From Octopus vulgaris (Eukaryota), in assembly GCA_951406725.2 (NCBI GenBank), contig OX597815.1, positions 208,568,001 through 208,632,000 of the forward strand: DNA of 64,000 nucleotides. Direction: 5' to 3'. Made by a program: the position numbers and the translations under genes. A model generated the notes under the pieces. The model ran no database searches. It saw nothing but the letters and a program-made list of their open reading frames with translations, and was not told the origin of the DNA. Each line of letters opens with the position of its first letter. The first letter of the stretch is position 1. This document shows, in pieces, positions 54,542 to 64,000 of this stretch.

Positions 54542-55662
54542 CATATATACGACAGGCTTCTTTCAGTTTCCGTCTACCAAATCCACTCACAAGGCATTGG
54601 TCGGCCCGGGGCTATAGCAGAAGACACTTGCCCAAGATGCCACGCAGTGGGACTGAACCCGCAACCATGTCATTGGTTAGCAAGCTACTTACCACACAGC
54701 CACTACTGCGTCTACAGGAGTATACATATATATACACCTAAACACATATCAATATGTGTACATACTTACACACACACACCCACACACATACGTATACATG
54801 CATATACATACATACATACATACACCTATATTTAAAATAGTGTTCTGCTATAAACAAAATTCCATTCTTCAACATGGTGCATCTGCATACCTGGTGAATA
54901 TTTTATAGTAGGGTCAACATTTATGTTCTATCTTTCACTTGTTTCTGTCATTAGACTGCGGCCATGCTGGGGCACTGCAGTGTGGGCGACAACAATTATG
55001 GACACACGCATATACAGTAGGCTTGTTTCAGTTTCTGTCTGTCAGATCCACCGACAATCTTTGGTTGGCCCGAGACAACAGGAGAAGTCACTTGTCCAAG
55101 GTGCCATGTGGTGGGACTGAACCTGGAACCATGTGGTTGGGAAGCTAACTTCTTACCATACAGCTACACCTAAATCCTTTTGGCACCATTTGATGTTGAA
55201 ACTTCACATTGCTCAGAATCTGTTACTGCATGCAACCACACCATTTTACAAAATGTTCGTTAGCTGGGCTGCGGTAATTATAATAATTGGTATACTCTTT
55301 TATTTGTTTCAATCATTTGACTGTGGCCATGCTGAAGCACCACCTTTAGTCGAGCAAATTGACCCCCAGGACTTATTCTTTGTAAGCCTAGTACTTATTC
55401 TATTGGTCACTTTTGCCGAACCGCTAAGTTACATGGACGTAAACACACAAGCATTGGTTGTCAAGCGATGTTGGGGGGACAAACACAGACACAGAAACAT
55501 ATACACATATACATACGACGGGCTTCTTTCAGTTCCATCTACCAAATCCACTCACAAGGCTTTGGTCGGCCTGAGGCTATAGTAGAAGACACTTGCCCAA
55601 GGTGCCATGCAGTGGGACTGAACCCGGAACCATGTGGTTTGTAACACAGCCACTCCTATGCC

Positions 55663-55693
<31 letters not shown>

Positions 55694-57974
55694 AAGAAAA
55701 AAAATCATTGCCTTACAAAAAGCTTAGAAGAAATGAAAATATTGAAATAAATATCTTATATACGACAAATATTGGTCGGAAATGAGAATAAAGTCACTTC
55801 TCTGATAACCTTTGTGCAGTATAGTAATACCATTTATGAGATGATGATGATGATGATGGTGAGTTTGGTTCACTGAAGATTTTTCATTTTGCCAAGCCAT
55901 AGTTTACTGTGAATCTCTTATATCATATTGTCTCTTAGTGTATGCAGAACTATGGTAAAGGCAGTTATTAATATCCAAGTGGCCTCACAAATCATTATTT
56001 GACTTCTTTAGATGCTAAATTCTTTGGTACTATAGATTTAAAGATCGATTTAATAATTATTTCGGTAAGAATTATTGAGTGTTAAAAATGGTAAATTGTC
56101 AGGCAAAAATACCAAACAGAATTCTTGCTGCTCTTCTGCATTGTACATTTACAGATGAGGCCTATTTACTCTTCCCTCTCTCTCTCTTTCTCTGCTTTCA
56201 CTGAAATAGAATTAAGCCATTTCTCTTCAATCTCTCTCTTTCTCTGCATTCATTGAGATAGAATTAAGTCATTATTTCTTCCCCCTACAGATGTTTGTTC
56301 ATGTACCAGTGTCCCAAAAAAAAATCTATATTCTGGATTTTAAGAAAATGTACATGTATGGCTGTGCGATTGAGAAGAAGCTTATTTATCCATAATCTGG
56401 TTTCATATTGCCCAAGGACCATGCAGTGGTACCTTGGGCAAGTGTCTTCTACTAAAGCCCTGGTTTGATCAATGCTTTATGGCAGAAACTGCATAGAAGC
56501 TTGTCATTCATATATATATATATATCTCATCATCGTCGTCGTTTAACATCCGTTTTCCATGCTAGCATGGGTTGGACGGTTTGACTGGGGTCTGGGAAGC
56601 CAGGAGGCTGCACCAGGCTCCAGTCTGATCTGGCAGTGTTTCTACAGCTTGATGCCCTTCCTAATGCCAACCACTTCGTGAGTGTAGTGGGTGTTTTTTT
56701 CATGCCACCAGCACAGGTGCCAGGGAAGACTGGCAGCGGCCACGATCGGTTGGTGCTTTTTACGTGCCACCGGCACAGAAGCCACTCAAGGCTTGAGCCT
56801 GGCTAGGCTTTAAAAGGGCGCATTTCATCATCATCATCGTTTAACGTCCGTTTTCCGTGCTAGCACGGGTTGGACGGTTCGACCGGGGTCTGGGAAGCCA
56901 GGGGCTGCACCAGGCTCCAGTCTGATCTGGCAGAGTTTCTACAGCTGGATGCCCTTCCTAACGCCAACCACTCCGCACATTTATTATTTATTATATATAT
57001 ACATATACACACACACACATACATATACACATATAGTACTCCCAGTGTTGGTTTGTTTATATCCCTGTAACTTGAAGGTTTAGCAAAAGAGATGCTAGAA
57101 TACGTACCAAACTTTTTTTTTTTTTAAGTAAGTACTAAGACTAATTTGTTTGACTAAAATAACATTGAGGAGTGCCTCAGCATGGCTTGCAGACCATTGA
57201 CTGAAAAAAAAAAAAAAAACCAAAAAAAAAACCAAGGTTAATGGTAAAAGATAAAAAAAACTAATGAAAAAAAATCTTCAAGCTTTAAAAAAAAACACAT
57301 CAGAAACAAACCAAAATACAAGAGAGAGTAAGTATTGCATAATTTTGTAAGACCATTAGCTCATTTCTGATTTCCTACCATTATTGGAACATAGTTCATT
57401 ATCTCTTAGTTGTAGAGAACTGTAAATGGTAATTTGTTCATTACTGGCACTGATGGTCTCTAAATGGATGTAATGAATAAGCTTTGATGATTGTATATTG
57501 TCCTAATAATCCTGTCATACCATTGATCTTTTACTTATCTCATTTTCTCATTTGAATATTCGTTTCACTTTTATTTAAGAGATTGCATTAGCTCAGGCAG
57601 TCAGTTGGCAGAGTTGTTAGAGCATCTGGGAAAAAACAAAAAAACAAAAGCCCCTGCAGTATTTGTTTTTAATCCTCTGTGCTCTAAGTTCAAATCCTGC
57701 TGAGGCCATATTTCTCTTGTATACTTTCTGGAGCCCAAAAAAAAAAAAAAAAAATTCGAAGATGGTTGATTGATGGAACTGTAAGAATGTTGGACCAAAT
57801 GCTTTGCCATATTTGTTCCAATGGTTTGTATTTTGAGCTCAAATTTTGCTACTAAGATGATAGTCATAGGTGCCTGTAGCAGAGTTTGCTCTGTTGTAAG
57901 CATTTGGGCCGGGTCTCTGGTTTAAGGGTACCTTCTACCTTATCCCTATCAATCTTGGAGAAGATACTCTAAAC

Positions 57975-58265
57975 CAGTAGTTCTCAACCAGGGTTCATGT
58001 GGCCCTTTGGGGTTCATATAAGATTTTGTTAAAGTTTATTTGCAATACTCCTTTACTCCTTTATTTGTTTCAGTCATTTGACTGTGACCATGTGGGAGCA
58101 CCACCTAAAGTCGAGCAAATCGACCCCAGGTCTTATTCTTTGGAAGCCTAGTACTTATTCTATCGGTCACTTTTGCTGAACCGCTATTTTACGGGGACGT
58201 AAACACACCAGCATCAGTTGTCAATCTATGTGGCGGGGGGGGGGGGGGGGCAGACACAAATATAT

Positions 58266-58302
<37 letters not shown>

Positions 58303-58614
58303 CGGTGGGCTTCTTTCAGTTTCTGTCTACCAAATCTACTCACAAGGCTTTGGTTGGCCCAAAGCTATAGTAGAAGACACTTGCTCAAGGTTCCACGCAG
58401 TGGGACTGAACCTGGAACCATGTGGTTCGTAAGCAAGCTACTTACCACACAGCCACTCCTATGCAATATGCAAAATATTTTAATAATTTTTTAAAAATAC
58501 AATTCTTAATATCTAATAATAAGATTTTTAAAACATGGAATAGTTTTGAGGATCCATCTAAGTAAAATAGGAACCAAAGGGGCCCATAATGCAAAAATTG
58601 GTTGAGAACCACTG
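57975..58614. mobile_element. hAT/Charlie-type MITE interrupted by a family-A SINE
   Basis: TIR cagtagttctcaacc / ggttgagaaccactg; 8-bp TSD ctctaaac / ccctaaat. Confidence 0.8.
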
Positions 58615-59190
58615 CCCTAAATAGTTATGAGCATTGCCTTCCTTCCAGACTAAAAAATTTAAAATAAAAACCCATAAAAGCAATTATTAATGAGTTCAAA
58701 TAATAATTTCAAATTTTTGCACAAGCCCAGCAGTATTTATGGGGAAGGGTCAAGTCAATTATGTCACTCCCAGTGTTCAACTGGTACTTATTGCCCTTAA
58801 GAGGATGAAAGGCAAAGCCAGTCTTGGTAGAATTTGAACCCAGAATGTAAACAGTGAGAAGAAATGCTGTTCAGTGTCTTGTGAGGCATAACAATAAAAA
58901 AACGTACATTTCTAATAAAAATATCGTCATACTTATTTCTTTTCCCTTTCCAGAAAATATAATCATTCATGATGTCATAAGAATTCATGAACTTTTGAGA
59001 GAATGTCAACTTATTTCTCTTTCGGAAAATTGAATCTTGAAATACCTAATGCTATAAATAGTAGCATGGACATATTGGGTTGACAAACTCTTTTTAATAG
59101 AAAATGTTGAAGGATGCCTGTGGGACATGAAACCACATCTTCTGTAGACATCACATAAATATTTCTTTTGCTTACACTTAATATTAATTC

Positions 59191-59579
59191 GTGGAGGCGC
59201 AATGGCCCAGTGGTTAGGGCAGCGGACTCGCGGTCATAGGATCGCGGTTTCGATTCCCAGACCGGGCGTTGTGAGTGTTTATTGAGCAAAAACACCTAAA
59301 GCTCCATGGCTCCGGCAGGGGATGGTGGCGATCCCTGCTGTACTCTTTCACCACAACTTTCTCTCACTCTTACTTCCTGTTTCTGTTGTACCTGTATTTC
59401 AAAGGGCCGGCCTTGTCACTCTCTGTGTCACGCTGAATATCCCCGAGAACTACGTTAAGGGTACACGTGTCTGTGGAGTGCTCAGCCACTTATACGTTAA
59501 TTTCCCAAGCAGGCTGTTCCGTTGATTCGGATCAACCGGAACCCTTGTCGTCGTAACCGACGGAGTGCTTCCATCCATC
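59191..59579 (+). mobile_element. Full-length SINE family D, ending ~60 bp upstream of the DDX49 exon
   Basis: Near-identical to 38276-38665. 11-bp TSD aatattaattc at 59180-59190 and 59580-59590. Confidence 0.92.
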
Positions 59580-59642
59580 AATATTAATTCATAATTTTTG
59601 AAAGTGGGTCTAATATTTTTTCTTTTGTTTTATTGTTTCCAG

Positions 59643-59766
59643 GCCGTGATTGTCTTGCAAGTGCCAAGACCGGAAGTGGGAAAACGGCAGCTTTTGCACT
59701 CCCCATCCTCCAACTTCTCTCCGAGGATCCATATGGAATATTTGCTCTTATTGTGACGCCAACACG
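59643..59766 (+). CDS. DDX49: Internal coding exon of DEAD-box RNA helicase DDX49/Dbp8 (motif I and start of motif Ia)
   Basis: Pyrimidine tract ttttgttttattgtttccAG acceptor (AG at 59641-59642) and GTAAGT donor at 59767. The 124 nt read (G)[40 protein letters not shown](R), containing Walker A AKTGSGKT and the [12 protein letters not shown] signature I recognise from DDX49/Dbp8. Not present in the ORF track in this frame. Confidence 0.93.
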
Positions 59767-62700
59767 GTAAGTAGTCTGAACTCAATCTTTTTTTTTGTGT
59801 ATCTTTTACTCTTTTACTTGTTTCAGCCATTTGACTGCGGCCATGCTGGAGCACTGCCTTTAGTCGAGCAAATCAACCCCAGGACTTATTCTTTGTAAGC
59901 CTAGTACTTATTCTATCGGTCTCTTTTGCCAAACCACTAAGTTACGGGGACGTAAACACTCCAACATCGGTTGTTAAGCAATGTTGGGGGAACAAACACA
60001 GACACACATAAACACACTCACACACACACACATACGACAGGCTTCTTTCAGTTTCCATCTACCAAATCCACTCACAAGGCTTTGGTTAGCCCGAGGCTAT
60101 AGTAGAAGACACTTGCCCAAGGTGCCACGCAGTGGGACTGAACCTGGAACCATGTGGTTGGTAAGCAAGCTACTTACCACACAGCCATTCCTGCGTCTTT
60201 TGGATAAAATAATTGATGATGACGATCATATGTCTGTTTTCCATGCTGGCATGAGTTGGACAGTTTGATTGGAGCTGGCAAGCAAGAGAGCTGCACCAAT
60301 CTTCAATTGTCTGTTTTGGCATGGTTTCTACAGCTGTAATCCCTTCCTAATGCCAACCACTTAACAACACATACTGGGTACTTTTTACATGGCACCAGTG
60401 TGGGTTCTTTTTATGCGATCTCTTTAATTAATCATAGGTGCAGGAGTGGCTGTGTGGTAAGTACCTTGCTTACCAACCACACGGTTCTGGGTTCAGTCCC
60501 ACTGCATGGCACCTTGGGCAAGTGTCTTCTACTATAGCCTCAGGCCAACCAAAGCCTTGCAAATGGATTTGGTAGATGGAAACTGAAAGAAGCCCATCGT
60601 ATACATATATATATATATATATATTTATATATATGTGTGTGTGTGTGTATGTGTTTGTGTGTCTGTTTGTCCTCCCAGCATCGCTTGACAACTGATGCTG
60701 TTGTGTTTACATCCCTGTAACTTAGCGGTTCAGCAAAACGGCCCGACAGAATAAGTACTAGGCTTACAAAGAATAAGTCCTGGGGACAATTTGCTCGACT
60801 AAAGGCAGTGCTCCAGCATGGCCGCAGTCATATGACTGAAACAAGTAAAAGAGAAAAAAGAAATCTCTTCCTAAAATCTTATTCATTTTCTATGGCAGTA
60901 ATTCCAAACACTCGAGGTGTCAAAAGAATCCTTGGCAGTCATTATTAACAATACTGTGTATGATTTTTTTCTTTTTTTACATAGAATTCTGTTGTGTCTG
61001 GGGTGCCTTATAATGTAATAAACTCACCGGTAAAATTTCCACTTTTCTTTTCTTATTTTCCTGAAATTTTCGTTGCGTCTTTTAGGAAAATAAAAATAAG
61101 AAAAAAAAGTAGAAAGTTTACCGGTGAGTGTATTACAATTTAAGGCACAAAAAGAAAATGACTCTCCCCTGACACAACAGAATATGCTTCAACACATGAA
61201 CTCATATAAAGAATCTTGCAAACCAAATCCAAAAACGAAATACATAGAATTCATTATCAGTTATTCATAGTTTACCCTAGTTTCTTCTTAGTTATTTCTT
61301 TTAGGCCCTTTTATTGCTGTATTTCTAATCAAAATATGTCTCCTTCTGCTATGCTTTTCGCTTTTAAAGTAAATTTTGAATTGTGACTAGTTTTGTAAAC
61401 CAACTATAACTTTGTGTTTTATTAACACACAGATTGTACAAAACAGATCTGTACGGCACTGCATCTGTCTGTCAGTACTCTACCACTTGAAGCAGCATCA
61501 AATGAACCCCCGTCCCACTGCTCTTCTTCATATTTATTATAAAGGAAATTATTAACTCTAATCTAAGAGAAGAATCTCTCCCTCTGTCATTTATTTACAT
61601 TCTGTATTTATTTACATTGGCGTTAGGAAGGGCATCCAGCTGTAGAAACTCTGCCAGATCAAGATTGAAGCCTGGTGCAGCCATCTGGTTTGCCAGCCGT
61701 CAGTCAAACCGTCCAACCCATGCTAGCATGGAAAGCGGACGTTAAACGATGATGATGATGATGTAATATTTACAATCCATAGGGTTTTGGATTTTTGCAA
61801 TGTCTTCCAGAGCTTTTGGAAGGAACTGTCTTTGAAAATTAGCTGCTAATTATTCGATGAGTGATGACTTATTCAATGATTTAATTAATGAATTAATGGC
61901 AGATAATGCTTTGGAAACGACAATTATAACAATATACCTCTTTCTTCTGTACACACTTCGATGTTTGACTTTTCCTCATGTGATTTGGAGGAAATATTAC
62001 CCGAAGAATGGTCAGGCACCAAACCATTTGAAAGTGTTGGCTCAAAAATACTTTTACGGAACCTGTGTTACCAACTTTTACCATTAAATTTTAAGCAGTA
62101 CAATCACCCAACACCCTGTTAGTTTGTATGCTGAATGAATGATAGCTATCAGCTTTGTTCCTACATGTTGTGAGGAAATTTATACACACCTAGGTATGTT
62201 ATTTCTGATGAGTTTAACATCTCATCTGTAAATTTAATAATGAATAAACTGCAAAAAGGTTAAGAATATCCATTTATTTTGTTTGTCTTTGCTTGTTTAA
62301 TTTGCATATAATTAATTACAAACATTTTCCTTTTCACTATCTCTTTTAAGTGTATCTGTTTTTTAGTTATGCAGGTGTAATTAACAATTAACAATTATAC
62401 CTGCATAACTTTGCCAATGACTACTTGGGTTAAGAAATTAAAAAATAAATTTTTTAAAAACCCTCTTTTCTGCAATGCTGCCAATTTTGACTAAACCTGA
62501 CCACAGGTAAACACACCATAAACATTTAACCTTCTATGTGCTGTTGCCGCGATTTGTCACCCACAAGTTTTCTCCTCTGTAGCTAGCTGCAAGTGCATTC
62601 TGTCTCCTTGGGGAGGGGGCTTAAAATAAAACACATTCCTACCTTTATTTCCAGTACTTAAAGGTAATAAACAGGCTACTTTCGATTCGGAACGACACTT

Positions 62701-63031
62701 TTACTCTTTTACTTGTTTCAGTCATTTGACTGTGGCCATGCTGGAGCACTGCCTTTTAGTCAAGCAAATCAACCCCAGGACTTATTCTTTGTAAGCCTAG
62801 TACTTATTCTATGAGTCTCTTTTGCCGGACCGCTAAGTTATGGGGACGTAAACACGCCAGCATCGGTCGTCAAGCAATGTTGGGGGGACAAACACAGACA
62901 CACAAACATATACACACACATACATACATATATATATATATATATAAGCAATGAAAAATTGTAAAAATGCAGAATGCTCGATTGAAAGAAAATTTTAATG
63001 AATTGAGAAAATGAAAAAAAATATTTATTGA

Positions 63032-63069
<38 letters not shown>

Positions 63070-63571
63070 CGACAGGCTTCTTTCAGTTTCTGTCTACCAA
63101 ATCCACTCACAAGGCTTTGGTCGGCCCGAGGCTATAGTAGATGACACTTGCCCAAGGTACCACGCAGTAGGAATGAACCCAGAACCATGTGGTTGGTAAG
63201 CATGCTACTTACCACACAGCCACTCCTGTGCCTATCCTACTATATCATTCTAAAAGTAATCACATCGTTAAAGCTACAAGATAATGCATGGTTTAATTCA
63301 AAGTACAGTAAAGTTCCATTTAATTTATGCACTTTTTTTCTGCAAAAACAAAAATAAACTTTAGGGGGTGCGTAAATTACATGAGTAGATCATTTCCAGA
63401 ATATTTATCATCATCATCATCATCATCTTCTTTCAGTTTCCGTCTACCAAATCCACTCACAAGGCTTTGGTCGGCCCTAGGCTATAGTAGAAGACACTTG
63501 CCCGAGGTGCCACACAGTGGGACTGAACCCGGAACCATGTGGTTGGTAAACAAGCTACTTATCACACAGCC

Positions 63572-64000
63572 AGTGCGAGCAGTGGCGTGCCTTAAGGTTC
63601 AGTGCTTGGGCCCTTATTGTTCTTAGTCTTCATAAATGACTTGCCCGACGACCTCACGCAACACACCCTTCTATTTGCCGACGATATCAAACTGGTCGCT
63701 CCTCGCGGTGATATAGAGGATCTTCGTCGATGCCTCCACCAAATTTGGAAGTGGTCTAACGAATGGGACCTGTGTCTGAACGTGTCAAAGTGCTGTCATC
63801 TGCCTGTTGGCTCTCCTCCTGCAACTCAACTTGATTTCGAGCCAGGTCGTCTGCTGCTGGAGAGGACCGATCAGGTAAAGGACCTGGGTATCTTGGTGGA
63901 TTCCTCCTTTTCACCTTCGGCCCAGTGTGTCCATGCTGCCAACAAAGCACGCGGAATTCTGTTCTTGATTCGACGGTCATTCGGAATGCTCACAGCAGCC
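63572..64000 (+). mobile_element. 5'-truncated CR1-clade LINE, reverse-transcriptase region, running off the window
   Basis: SGVP*GSVLGPLLFLVFINDLP...LFADDIKL...WSNEWDLCLNVSKC...VKDLGILVD...AANKARGIL. One nonsense change in the GVPQGS motif. Confidence 0.93.

Noticed and set aside
59191-59265. tRNA-like sequence (also 38590-38665 and 52833-52900)
   Set aside because: Has A and B boxes but no proper acceptor stem, and continues into a SINE body (with a TSD for the family-D copies).

Overview
AT-rich, repeat-saturated eukaryotic DNA, most likely intronic/intergenic sequence from an octopus (coleoid cephalopod); this assignment is an inference from the SINE families I recognise. Almost all ORFs in the supplied track are translations of (TA)n/(CA)n/(CAT)n microsatellites or SINEs. 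One host coding exon is clear: a 124-nt phase-1/phase-2 exon at 59643-59766 (+) encoding motifs I and Ia of the DEAD-box helicase DDX49/Dbp8. I could not find its neighbouring exons in the window. The rest is a mosaic of: three tRNA-derived SINE families; 5'-truncated RTE 3'-UTR copies with (GAT)n tails; RTE, CR1 and R4/Dong LINE relics; a dead Tc1; TTAA- and hAT-type MITEs; and Penelope-like termini. The most notable observations are several hammerhead-ribozyme-like motifs, a perfect 239-bp palindrome, a 184-bp tandem SINE array, a reiterated pseudoknot-like motif at which LINE copies truncate, long inverted repeats that could be dsRNA/ADAR substrates, and a speculative set of phase-1 alternative last exons, one with a GPI/TM-like tail. 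No prokaryote-type system (CRISPR, operon) is present.
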